Shown in pieces: positions 12,697 through 25,390 of a stretch of DNA of 64,000 bases (the first letter of the stretch is position 1; every line of letters begins with the position of its first letter). The notes under the pieces are model-generated. The model did no database searches and had not been told where the DNA came from. It saw only the letters and a list, made by a program, of their open reading frames with translations. The stretch is from Hemiscyllium ocellatum. Lineage: Eukaryota. The stretch covers positions 2,077,438-2,141,437 of the forward strand of contig NC_083427.1 of assembly GCF_020745735.1 (NCBI RefSeq). Direction: 5' to 3'. The translations under genes and the position numbers were made by a program.

Positions 12697-14575
12697 AAAA
12701 TCTGATTGAAGATTTGTAGCTCGGGTATCCGTTGTTGTGGTTCTGCTCGCCGAGCTGGAAGTTTTTGCTGCAAACGTTTCGTTCCCTGGCTAGGGAACAT
12801 CATCAGTGCTGTTGGAGCCTCGTGTGATGCGCTGCTTTGATGTTTCTTTCGGTATTTATATTGGTTTGTTCTTGCCGCTTCCGGTGTCAGTTTCAGCTGC
12901 AGTGATTTGTATGTGGGGTCCAGATCGATGTGTCTGTTGATGGATGTTCTTGCCGTTTCCGGGTGTCAGTTTCAGCTGTAGTGGTTTGCATATGGTGTCC
13001 AGGTCAATGTGTCTGTTGATGGAGTTTGGGGATGAATGCCATGCTTCTAGGAATTCTCTGGCTGTTCTCTGTCTGGCTTGTCCTATGATAGTGGTGTTTT
13101 CCCAGTCAAATTCATGTTGCTGGTTGTCTGAGTGTATGGCTACTAGAGATAGCTGGTCGTGTCGTTTTGTGGCTAGCTGATGTTCATGGATGCGGATTGT
13201 TAGCTGTCTTCCTGTTTGTCCTATATAGTGTTTTGTGCAGTCCTTGCATGGTATTTTGTAAACTACGTTAGTTTGGCTCATGCTGGGTATTGGGTCCTTT
13301 GTTCTAGTGAGTTGTTGTCTGAGCGTGGATGTTGGCTTGTGTGCTGTTATGAGTCCTAAGGGTCGCAGTAGTCTGGCTGTCAGTTCTGAGACGCTCCCGA
13401 CGTATGGTAGAGTGGCTAGTCCTTTTGGTTGTGGCATGTCCTCGTTCCTCGGTCTATCTCTTAGGCATCTGGTGATAAAGTTGCGTGGGTATCCGTTTTT
13501 GGCGAATACCTTGTATAGATGTTCTTCTTCCTCTTTTTGCAGTTCTGGTGTACTGCAGTGATTTGTGGCCCTTTTGAATAGTGTCCTGATGCAGCTTCGT
13601 TTGTGTGTGTTGGGGTGGTTACTTTCATAGTTTAAGACTTGGTCTGTGTGTGTTGGTTTCCTGTGTACCCTTGTGGTGAATTCTCCGTTGGGTGTTCTCT
13701 CTAGTAACACGTCTAGGAATGGGAGTTGGCTATCCTTTTTCTGTTCTCGTGTGAATCGGATTTTTGTGGCGTTGATGATTCGGTGTGTTTTTTCGATATC
13801 TGTGTTTTTGATGATTACAAAGGTGTCATCAACATATCTGATCCAGAGTTTGGGTTGGATTTGTGGTATGGCTGTATGTTCTAACCTTTGCATAACTGCC
13901 TCTGCTATGAGTCCCGAGATTGGTGATCCCATGGGTGTTCCGTTGATTTGTTCGTATATCTGATTGTTGAATGTAAAGTGTGCGGTGAGGCACAGGTCCA
14001 GTAGTTTAAGTATGCCGTCCTTGTTGATAGGTTCGGCCTCCTGTGTTCTGTTATGTATGTCCAGTAGGTTGGCTATTGTTTCTCTGGCTAGGGTTTTGTC
14101 AATTGAAGTGGACAGTGCCGTCACGTCGAATGATACCATGGTTTCTTCTTTGTCTATGTGTGTATTCCTGATGACGTCCAAGAATTCCTGTGTTGATTGT
14201 ATGGAGTGTTTGGATCCGCTGACTAGGTGTTTCAGTTTTTGTTGTAGTTCTTTGGCCAGTTTGTATGCTGGTGTGCCTGGTAGTGATACTATGGGTCTGA
14301 ATGGGATGTCTGGTTTGTGTACTTTGGGTAGTCCATAGAATCTGGGGGTGTTGTTGCTTTCAGGTTTCATTCTTTGCTGGTCCGCTTTGGTTATCTGTCC
14401 GTTTTTTTGTAGATTCCTTAGTGTGTTGTTTATTCTATTGGTGAGTTGTGGTGTGGGGTCGGAATCCTTCATTTGGTAGGTGTTGGTGTCTGCGAGTAGT
14501 TGTTGTGCTTTACTGATGTTGTCTGATTTATCTAGGATGACCGTCATACTGCCTTTATCTGCCGGTAGTATGATT
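12697..14575 (-). mobile_element. Poseidon-type Penelope element, left (antisense) arm with a continuous RT + GIY-YIG reading frame
   Basis: The 578-aa ORF 12856-14592 contains ADKG, FYGLPKVHK, GTPMGSPIS, RYVDD and VVYKIPCKDCTKHYIGQTGR. It is 5'-truncated; the first residues of the ORF-track call come from the junction. Confidence 0.96.
12770..12809 (-). ncRNA. Minimal type I hammerhead ribozyme motif in the PLE terminal repeat (left-arm copy)
   Basis: Exact reverse complement of 16235-16274. Confidence 0.7.
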
Positions 14576-16020
14576 CCGACCCCACACCACAACTCACCAA
14601 TAGAATAAACAACACACTAAGGAATCTACAAAAAAACGGACAGATAACCAAAGCGGACCAGCAAAGAATGAAACCTGAAAGCAACAACACCCCCAGATTC
14701 TATGGACTACCCAAAGTACACAAACCAGACATCCCATTCAGACCCATAGTATCACTACCAGGGACACCAGCATACAAACTGGCCAAAGAACTACAACAAA
14801 AACTGAAACACCTAGTCAGCGGATCCAAACACTCCATACAATCAACACAGGAATTCTTGGACGTCATCAGGAATACACACATAGACAAAGAAGAAACCAT
14901 GGTATCATCCGATGTGACGGCACTGTTCACTTCAATTGACAAAACCCTAGCCAGAGAAACAATAGCCAAACTACTGGACATACATAACAGAACACAGGAG
15001 GCCGAACCTATCAACATGGACGGCATACTTAAACTACTGGACCTGTGCCTCACCACACACTTTACATTCAACAATCAGATATACGAACAAATCAACGGAA
15101 CACCCATGGGATCACCAATCTCGGGACTCATAGCAGAGGCAGTTATTCAAAGGTTAGAGCATACAGCCATACCACAAATCCAACCCAAACTCTGGATCAG
15201 ATATGTTGATGACACCTTTGTAATCATCAAAAACACAGATATAGAAAAACACACCGAATCATCAACGCCACACTCACAGGAATCCGATTCACACGAGAAG
15301 AGGAAAAGGATAGCCAACTCCCATTCCTAGACGTGTTACTAGAGAGAACACCCAACGGAGAATTCACCACAAGGGTACACAGGAAACCAACACACACAGA
15401 CCAAGTCTTAAACTATGAAAGTAACCACCCCAACACACACAAACGAAGCTGCATCAGGACACTATTCAAAAGGGCCACAACACACTGCAGTACAGCAGAA
15501 CTGCAAAAAGAGGAAGAGGAACATCTATACAAGGTATTCGCCAGAAACGGATACCCACGCAACTTTATCACCAGATGCCTAAGAGATAGACCGAGGAGCG
15601 AAGTCATGCCACAACCAAAAGGACTAGCCACTCTACCATACGTCGGGAGCGTCTCAGAACTGACAGCCAGACTACTGCGACCCTTAGGACTCATAACAGC
15701 ACACAAGCCAACATCCACGCTCAGACAACAACTCACTAGAACAAAGGACCCAATACCCAGCATGAGCCAAACTAACGTAGTTTACAAAATACCATGCAAG
15801 GACTGCACAAAACACTATATAGGACAAACAGGAAGACAGCTAACAATCCGCATCCATGAACATCAGCTAGCCACAAAACGACACGACCAGCTATCTCTAG
15901 TAGCCATACACTCAGACAACCAGCAACATGAATTTGACTGGGAAAACACCACTATCATAGGACAAGCCAGACAGAGAACAGCCAGAGAATTCCTAGAAGC
16001 ATGGCATTCATCCCCAAACT

Positions 16021-16174
16021 CCATCAACAGACACATTGACCTGGACACCATATACAAACCACTACAGCTGAAACTGACACCCGGAAACAGCAAGAACATC
16101 CATCAACAGACACATCGACCTGGACCCCACATACAAATCACTGCAGCTGAAACTGACACCCGGAAGCGGCAAGA
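16021..16174 (+). repeat. 79-bp-period tandem duplication at the Penelope ORF 3' end (present in both arms)
   Basis: ccatcaacagacaca...caaga starts at 16021 and again at 16100. The mirror copy is at about 12870-13023. Confidence 0.85.
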
Positions 16175-16234
16175 GCAAACCAATATAAATACCGAAAGAA
16201 ACATCAAAGCAGCGCTTCACACGAGGCTCCAACA

Positions 16235-16274
16235 GCACTGATGATGTTCCCTAGCCAGGGAACGAAACGTTTGC
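16235..16274 (+). ncRNA. Minimal type I hammerhead ribozyme motif in the PLE terminal repeat (right-arm copy)
   Basis: GCA-CTGATGA-T-GTTCCC(tagcca)GGGAAC-GAAAC-GTT-TGC: catalytic core, perfect 6-bp stem II, palindromic AACGTT stem III, and 3-bp stem I (GCA/TGC). PLE pLTRs are known to carry minimal hammerheads. Confidence 0.7.
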
Positions 16275-16309
16275 AGCAAAAACTTCCAGCTCGGCGAGCA
16301 GAACCACAA

Positions 16310-16485
16310 CTCCTTCCATCTATCGCATTTCAAACGCCCCTCCCCCAAGTCCCTCGTCCCTACCTTTACCCTAGCTTGCTTGGCATACTCTCCTCATTCC
16401 TGAAGAAGGGCTCATGCCCGAAACTTCGGTTCTCCTGTTCCTTGGATACTGCATGACCTGCTGCGCTTTTCCAGCAACACAGTCT
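16310..16485 (+). mobile_element. Neptune-type PLE 3' terminus (continuation of 11085-12696) with a mutated hammerhead
   Basis: The sequence resumes after the duplicated CTCCTTCCATCTAT. CTGAAGA-A-GGGC(tcat)GCCC-GAAAC-TTC lies at 16400-16427; other copies in the window have GTC at the cleavage site. Confidence 0.85.
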
Positions 16486-19400
16486 CAGCATAATTCCGGT
16501 CTTCCCATTATCTTGCATCAAACTCAAGTATCGAACCCAAATATTGATGTGAAAATCCTTTGAGCATCATTCTCAAAGATTACATTTGTCTCTCCTTTCT
16601 CATTGCACTGTGGCATTCAAAGCATAGCGTATACCAATTCTCATCCCATTGCAGAGTTTCGGTTCGATGCTACCATTCCTTTTCCCAGAAGACTGAATCA
16701 TGATTGTACTAATTGCAGAACCTCACTCTGTCTTATAACTCTGCAGGAATGTTCACCTTTATTTCGCAATGAAACTTGTTTCTGCTCTCCTAACATAACA
16801 GCGTTTCCCTCTTACTTTTGTCCCACTTTTCTCTGCTTCACTTCCAACAAAAATGAACCAAAACACAATTGGATCCAAAATACAATACTGCCTCACATTC
16901 CCTTAAAGAATATAAATTCAAGTCATTGTTGTTTCGTGTGAAAACTGAAGTTGAAAATGTTAACAAGGAAAAAAAAAAGTAATGTTGCCACTTTGGCAAG
17001 CAGAATAGTGAAAAGAAAGAGTGACAATCGCAGTTAAAATACACAAAATGTGGTCGATATAAAACATAACACAAAAGGATGAGGAACCGAACAAACAACA
17101 GGTCTCACTAGCAGAAACAAAACAGAAATTTGTTCCGGGGTGGCACTACTGTACAACTTGGAAAGAAATTGAAACTGGGCTTCGCTTGTCTGGAGTTTCG
17201 ATGAATGACAAGTGATCTGATTGAAACTTAAAAAAATACTTGAAGAATTCGGCAGGATCAGTGCAGGTGATGTGTTCTCTCTCACCACCCACACCTCCCA
17301 GTTGTGGAGTTCAGAATTTGCAAATAAGGGACTTGAGGACAAAATGAGAGGAATCATTTTCTCCATTCTATGGTGGTGAACTGTTGGAAATCAGTACTGC
17401 AGATGGAAAAGGAGTATTTAAATTAAGCATTGATGGATTTCTGATTGCCAGTCGTATTACACGTTATTGGAACACTCCGGCTTTAAGAATTTTATCAGGC
17501 ACGATCCTATTAAATTGCAGAGAAGCTTTAGTGGGTGAACGATTCTCGATCTAGCGAATTTTTGTTTTCGCAAAAATTGAACAATTTATAAATGTGAGTA
17601 ATATTTGTCGTCAAATAATACACTGCCTGCTTTGCCAGACCTTAATCTATTGACTGGTAGATCCATGTGGGCTACAACCAGCTGACCAATTTGTTGTTTT
17701 ATCTGCCCAGTGAAGTGCAGACGTCATTGTAAACATGAGAAAACAGTGGACTGATTCCAGTGAAGTACAGATAAACCACTCGTTTCCTTGGAAAGTATGC
17801 CTGGAGCATTGAATATTAAGGAGTACGGAGGTAAAACCTTCTGAGATTGCAGATGACGATGCAATGCGGATTGTAGGAGATGTTAGTTTGTAGATGATTG
17901 AACCAGAATGTCCAAGAGTGAAGATTTGTACGGGGAAGTGTATGGGGCTATGTGAGTACTGGTACCATCCAGTTGGAGATAATGGAAATGATGACTTATG
18001 ATGACTCCGAAGAAGATACCAGTGTGTGGAATGTGAGGACGATTGAAACGTTATGGGTGTTGTGGGCGGAATGAGGAGGTGTGAGGAATCAGCTATGAAC
18101 ACCTACTTTCTATCAGTAGTTGTCCCTGATCGACAACTATATCATTCCCTTTATCCTTTGATTATGTCACCTTTGATCTCTAACTGCATGCACTCATTAA
18201 CACGCACAGCACTGTTTCAGCATAAATGCCTTCATGTTTCCACCTTGCATTTGAAACATTATGATTTTTTCTCCTCCCATTATTACAGCACACCGACTGA
18301 GGTTGTGCAGCACTTTCTGTTTCTTCAGTTAAATATGGTTTTTTTCCTGATCTTTTAGCCAATTCAATGACAATTCTGGCGATGTCTGTTTCGCTTCATG
18401 AACTTCAATAACAAAGTGGGTATCAATGTAATTCTTCACGTATTTAGGGTTATCAAGAAAATGCTGCAAAAATGCACAATAACGTCTGGTCTCAGCAAAA
18501 GTATTTCGAGTTTCACAAAAACAGTCAACAACACTTTGCTTCATTATAGACAGTTGGAAGAACATCTGAATGTATGAGGAATTACGTTGAGAACCAATTT
18601 AAGATGAGTTGGGTTCGGTCTCTGGCACACGTGTGTGCTGGAAACCATGCATAACACCAGACAGAAGGCTATTCATTGCAGACATAAAGATCATCTGTAT
18701 GCATTCAATGCGTTCTAATTCGACAAAAGTGGTGGCTTGTTCGTTGCTGAGGGCGATGATCTCAATGATCTGGGTCAACCGGTCTGATTTGAAATGTAGC
18801 AAAGTCTTGTCTTTAATAGTCAATTGGTATCAATTTGTGCCTTTTCTGCATTTGACAACAAAGCCTTGCCAAGCAATCACATTCTCCTTGCATTCATTAT
18901 TGGCTTTTTCCTCGGACTTGGGATTGCGATATTTCCTTATGTCCTTTAATAAAATTTACCTGTGTTTCTTTGGATCTAAGATTCTGTCATACCATATGAA
19001 TAAAAGCAAGTGTGTAAAACATTTGGAGATCTGCACTTCTTTTCTGCACTCTGCTCGATTCTCAACTATATTTAGTGTTTTAATTTTTACACTTCCTTTT
19101 GTATTTTAATTTATTGTGCAAATCTTTTGCTTTCTGGCGGTTACCAGATTTGATAGCCATCCCTTTCATAGTTCTGGTGTTGAGTTGAACAATATCGTCT
19201 TAGAACGACTTTTGTTTTGCACTTCATGTTATTTCTCGAAATGTTTCAGTCTACTTCTCTCAGGTAGGACTTGTTTTCAGTTCACTGATGCTAGCCCTGT
19301 TACATTAAGTATCTTAAGGCTCGAGATTTTAATTCATATTCTTTAGGGCACTTTAGTAATAGATGATATTATGATGAGGGTTTCCTAAATTCATTTCAAC

Positions 19401-19749
19401 TTCAGCATGTTCCACATAATTCCTCCGACACAAATTCAGCATGATGTACTCAATGCATCTTCTGGAAAACCTTTAATTCAGAAAATGTGACTACAGGAAT
19501 TAGGGGCACGAGTGCATCATTCAACCTCTCGAACAGTTTTATTTTGAAGTACAGCAATCTCCGACCTGAAACTTCAACACCGACGTTTTGCATCATTCAC
19601 ATATTTCCTTGCTTTTACATTCCCCAAAATATGTCTGTTTTGAATGTACTCCGCGACAGAGTATCAGAATTATCTCGTGTGGGAAATTCCAATGTTACCA
19701 ACAGATTGAGTGAAGGTGCGTCTTAATATTGTCTAAAATAAAATCATAC

Positions 19750-21250
19750 CATTGCACATCAAGAAACAGACACTTCGGTCCAAATCCATTCCACACAGAC
19801 ATCATAAATCAATCTGGACTAATTTTTCCATGTTTGGAACATATTCCTCTGGGCCCTTCCTACTTATACACCCGTCGAGACACTATTAATTGACTTAATT
19901 GCACCAGCCTGTGCAACTTCCTCCACCAGCTAATTTCATATATGCACCGCCCTCTGCATGAAGGAAAGTTGGGCATCACGTACATTTTAATTATTTCCCC
20001 TCTCAGCTTTAACATATGAACTCTACTCGAGGAAAAAGACCTTTTCCATTTAGCGTCAATAAGCACATCATGATTTTATAAACCTCCATCAGGTCACCCA
20101 TATAGGTGCGACTTCCGAGGGAAATCAATCCCACACTATTCACTCTCTCCCTGGAGCTCTAACCTTTCAATCCCAGCAACATCCGTGTCAGTATTTTCTG
20201 CATTCTTTAAAGTTTAACAATTTCTTTCAAAAAGCAGAGGGACAAGCATGGAAAACGTTTTCTCTAAGTGCCAAATTCAATGTCCTGTACAGCTGCAACA
20301 TGACATGCCAACGCCTCGAATCCGTGCACTGACCAATAAGGCAAGCCAAGCAAATGTAACCTTCACTACCCTGTTAACCTGTAGCTCCAACTTCAAAATT
20401 AGTTTGCAGCTGAACTGCGAGATCTCTTTGTTGAGCAACAGTCCCGAGGACCTCATCATTATATGCATACGCCCTGTCCTGATTTGCCTTTCCAAAATGT
20501 ATGACATTGTATTTATGTAAATTAATCTCCATCGTGTTTCTCAGTCCGTTGGACCATCTGATCAAGGTCGCATTATTCAGTGAGATAACTTACTTGACTC
20601 TCCACGACATCAACAATTTTGGTGCAACCTGTAAATTTAACAATCATTCCTGCTACATGCACAGCCAAAAGATTTATTTCGATGACAGAAAACAGTGGAC
20701 CCAGCATGAACCATTACAACACACCACTGGTTAGTAAATCAATCCTTCATCATTATGCTCTGTCCCCCATTCTGAAGCCAGTTTTGTATCCAACAGTTAA
20801 GTTTCTTTGAATTGCATATGTTTTAAGCTTCCTAATCAATCTGCGATGCAGAATCACGCAGAACGTCTTTTTGAAGTTCATGTATGCAACTTCCACCTCT
20901 CTGCTTTCATCAGTCGTCTTTTTTCGCTTCTTGAAAATACTCAATTACATGAGTGAGATGAGATTGCCCACGCACAACCTTTCCAAATAAACATGTAAAT
21001 CCTAACTCTCAGAATCCCCTCCATCAATTTACCATGCAGTCAATTTAGGCTCACCGCTGTAAAGTTCCCTAACTTTAACGTACAAGTTTTCTGAAGAATT
21101 GCGCGGCATTAACCACGCCGCCGAATTCTGGTACATCACCCCTGGCTATTGGTGGTATAGATATATCAGCAATGGACTCAGGAATATCTTCTCTAGCTTC
21201 CCAAAACGTTGAAAGTTACGCGATATGTTCCAGCAGATTTATCCACCTTT
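19750..21250 (-). mobile_element. CR1-type LINE fragment
   Basis: Minus ORFs VEVAYMNFKK, MEINLHKYNVIHFGKAN and VRTGRMHIM..GLL are degenerate RT and 3' motifs. Confidence 0.75.
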
Positions 21251-22089
21251 ATGTCTAACATCGCTTCCTCTGGATTAGGTCTGTTTTGTCAAGGTGTCTC
21301 CATTTATTTCTCCTGGTGTGCTGTAATGTAACGAGGGGTATATAAGGTTCATAGCAAAAGATTATTGCTGTGACATGCCGTAAACCCTCCTGCTTAATTT
21401 AAATGAACAACACAGAAACGATTTATCCCATGCAGTAATCTGCGAAAATTCCAGAATGCAATAACTATTTAAAATATTTCGTGAAGTATAACAGAGAATT
21501 ACAAATAAACAACTATTTCCAGCACGTTACTCTGACCTGTCCTTTACCTCCGCCTTTTCAATACTAATTAAATAAAAACACCGAGTAAGATTTGCCAAAC
21601 TTCAACTTTTCAAACCTAGCCATCTTTCGAATCTTTTGTAATTCCTCCTAGGAAACTCTGCTTCACAGGTCATGGTTCGATAAAGGTACCTTTAAGAGAA
21701 CTATTGTCCCGGTAGTCCGCAGATGTCATTGGCTTGACAGTTCTCCACATAATGTTCAATTTTCCGCTGTCTCATCTCCTAAAAGCATCAGATTGTGTCA
21801 TTTGCTTTCAAGATAATCAACATATTCAATTCAAACTTGATTGGAGTTTGACATTTTTGGGTATTTAATGTCAACTACTTGGCCTAATTCGAATCTGCTT
21901 TGGTCATCTCCAGACAACCAACTAATCACGTTGTTCGACCAAATGTTACATTGTATCTTTTTTCAGAACGCGTCATGCTGTCAGCGACTCCTGTTGGCTT
22001 TTAACTCTCTTAAAGATACAATGCACCAACATCTTCATAACATTATGAGAGTTCACTCTGAAGTCAGAGATGCAGACAGACTTTTCTGA

Positions 22090-25000
22090 GATCAAGAACG
22101 ACACAGCAGAATATTACTTTTGCCTACCTGCTCCCAGGATCAAGAATATTTCAACGGTTGCAGAATATTCACAAAAGGGAGAGGTACTACCAGGAGGTTG
22201 TTTGACACATTGGAATTAAATACATGGGAAGAGAAAAGGACGAGATTCTGAGATACGTAAATACAAGTTTAGGCAGGAATATAACAAGTAGTTCGTTGAG
22301 GGCAGTCATATTTGGGTTACTTTGCGTGTTACAATCTGGGGAGTGTAGGGAACAGGAGGACATAGTAGGTGAATATGTGGCTAAGAAGCTGTGCATGCGA
22401 AAATGATTCACCTTATTGGAACACTGACATCTATTTCAAGGTAGAAGTGACTTTGAAATTAAGGATGGATGGAATCTGAATTAGAAGGGGTCTAATGTAC
22501 GAGTGGGGATGTTTGCTAGAGCTTCGCAGGAGGATTTAATCTAAGAAAGTTGGAGTGTGGCGGATGACCGGGAGATAGTGAGGAATGAAATCAGCCTGAA
22601 ACTGGTTCAGCTCGGGCAAGGAGCAGGCCAACAGTCAAAGTAGTCATGATCAAACAGAGGATAGGCATAGTCCATAAGCTCTCAGAAGGATTCTAACGTG
22701 GGCAAGAGAGACAATGAGTGAAATTTTTGATTTAGGAAAGTATCACGGAAGTGCATCAGTTAGATATTCCTTTGAAAATGCGCAGACATGTTATTTGTGG
22801 AGATGTGAGAAATAAGTCAGGGACGATCTTATTTTCAGGATTGTAAGATAGATACTTCAATATTCAGCAGGAAAATGAGAAACAGATTTGTAAGGCGATC
22901 TCAGTTTTCTGTAAGAATAATAGGGTGGTTATGGTAATGGATTTTGACTTTCCAAACTGGATTGGGACTGCCAGAGTGTTAAGGGTGTGGATGCACAGGA
23001 AGTTGTTAAGTACATTCAAGAACATTTTCTTATTCAGAACGTGTATGTACGTACTGGAGAAAATACAAAACTTGACCAAAGGTTTGGAAATAAGGAAAGA
23101 GAGTGACTGAAGTGTCAATGGAGGTGTACTGTGGAGCCTGCGACCATAACTGTCTTATGGTTAAAACAGTGATGAAAAACAACAGACTGGATCGAAACGT
23201 TAATGTTCTAAATTGTCTGAAGTCCTACTTTAGTGGTGGTATTCAAGAACGTTCAAAAGTTGATTGACACAGATATTCGCAGGTACAGGAATGGCTGAAA
23301 AATTCGAAATCTTCAAAAATGGCAGTCCAGAGACAGTATGCTTCTGTAAGTGTGAAACGCAAGGCTGGTATTCGAAGGGAACGTTAGATGACTAGGGAAA
23401 TTATGGTTGTGTTCGAGAAAAAGAAGAAGCATATTTCAGGTACAGACACCAGCGATCGAGGTAATCCCTCGAAGAATATAAAAAGAAGCCTGATACTTAA
23501 AAGGGAAGTCAGGAAGTCTGTAAGGAGACATGAGATAGCTTTGGCAAATACGGTTGTGGGGTGTGCAGGTTTGTGGGGAATCCAAAGAGATTCTACAAAT
23601 GTATTAAGTACGAAAGAGTAATGAAGGGAAGAACAGAGCACCTTAAACATCAGTAAAGCCACCTATGTGTGGAACTATAGGAGATGGGGGAAGTGCGAAA
23701 CGAACATTTTGCATTAGTGTTTACTGTGGAGAAGCGTATTGAAGAGAGAGACTGTAAGGAAATGAATAGCAACGTCTTGATAAATGTCTAAATTAGAGAG
23801 AAAGAGGCGTTGGACGTTTTAAAAAGGCATAAAATTGAATAAATCTGCAAGGCGTGATCAGGCATATTCTGAAATACTGTGCACAGCTTGGGAAATTATT
23901 GTTGTGTTCATTTGTGAGATATTTATATTATCGATACCCACAGATGAGGTAACAAAAGTTTGGATTTTGCCAAATGTGAAGCCACCATTTAAGAAAAATA
24001 TTAAGGAAAAGCCAGGAAACTATATACTGTGAGCCAGACCTTGGTGGTGGATAATTTACGGTCAGGAATCCTGTAGGACACGATTTGAATTTTATTTGTA
24101 AAGGAAAAGTCTAATTAAGGATAGTGAACACGACTTTCTGCATGGGAGGTCGTGTCTCACTAATTCGAGAAAGTCATTTGCGGAAGTAACGAAGAAGAGT
24201 GATGTGGGAAGAGCGCCGAATGCGATCTTTCTGGACTTCAATAACACGTTCGATGAGGTTCTTCCTGGTAGACTATGAGCATTGTTAGATCACAGGTAAA
24301 AGAGATAGAATTCGCCACTTTGGATGCAGAACTAGCTCGAAGATAGAAGACACAGGGTGTTGGTGGACTGTTGTTTTTCAGCCTGGACACCTGTGACCAG
24401 CAATATAACCCAAGAAGTGATGCCGGATTAACTACTTTCGATCATTTATAAAAAATATTTGAATGTGAGCACAGGTGGTGTGGATATTAAGATTGAATTT
24501 GACAGCAAAATTAGAAGTGTTGGGTACAATGAAAATGTTATCTTCGAGTAGAACCGCACCTTGGTCTGCTGGCCCAATGGACCGAGGGCAACTCAAATAC
24601 TTGCCCTGCCTTCTTTGTCAAGGCGTGGCTGATGACGTTTACCTAGGTTAAAGGTGAGGTGCTGCACTTTGAAAAGGCAAATGCTTATCCTTAAATTTTG
24701 GAGATTGTTCACTCAATGAAGAGACCTTGGAATACAGTTTTAACGTTCCTTGGAAATTAAGTCCATGGTAGGATTTTGAAGAAGACCTTTGGTTTGTTTG
24801 CTTTTATTGTCCATTGTACTGAGTACAGAAGTTCCGATGGCATTCTGTAGCCAGACAGGGCATTATTGATGACAAATTTGGAATGCTGTACGCTATTCTA
24901 GGTAAGATGTTGTGAAACTTGAAAGGGTTCATAAGTATATCATAAGATTGTTGCCAGGGTTACAGCGTGTGAGATCTTGGAAGAGACTTGGCGCTATCTT

Positions 25001-25390
25001 CCGTGTAGCGCCGGAGGCTGAGGTGTGACCTTATAGAGGTTTATCAAACCACGAAGGGAATTTTAAAGTTGAACACAAAAGGTATTTTCTCCTGGATTGG
25101 CGGAGCCCAAACCTTGAGGGCATCAGTTTAAGCTGAAAATGGAAAGGTTGAAAAGAGACTTGAGGAACAACATTTCATGCAGATGGCGTTGCATGGATAG
25201 AATGAACTGGCAGAGGAATCTGGAACATCCACACCATTTACAAGGCATATGAATTGTTATGTGATTCATAAAGGGTAAGAAGAACATTGGCCAAATGCTT
25301 GAAAGTGGGGCTGGAGTTATTCAGGACAACTGGTTAGCATGGACAGCAGACCCGAAGTGTCTAATTAAATCCTGTACTGCCTGGGACTCT
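22090..25390 (+). mobile_element. Long degenerate CR1-type LINE (ORF1 esterase through 3' UTR)
   Basis: MGREKDEILR (ORF1), VMVMDFDFPN (endonuclease), KSARRDQAY..LCTAWE and degenerate RT and tail motifs in collinear order. Confidence 0.75.

Larger units (their letters stand above)
14572..16310 (+). mobile_element. Poseidon-type Penelope element, right (sense) arm, frameshifted
   Basis: ORFs 14668-15330 and 15333-16241 give the same RT/GIY-YIG protein, with a 1-nt deletion in the A-run near 15245-15249. It is the inverted copy of 12734-14466. Confidence 0.96.

Noticed and set aside
12697-16310. Palindrome as a sequencing or assembly fold-back artefact
   Set aside because: The arms differ by many substitutions and three indels, there is a 105-bp loop, and a 14-bp TSD restores the host element. 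Long-read confirmation is still advisable.
17600-19720. Possible LTR-retrotransposon or host-gene remnant
   Set aside because: No convincing motif in any frame; left unassigned pending a translated search.
21325-22060. Possible solo LTR
   Set aside because: Only a vague resemblance to shark LTR-like repeats; no partner, PBS or TSD could be identified.
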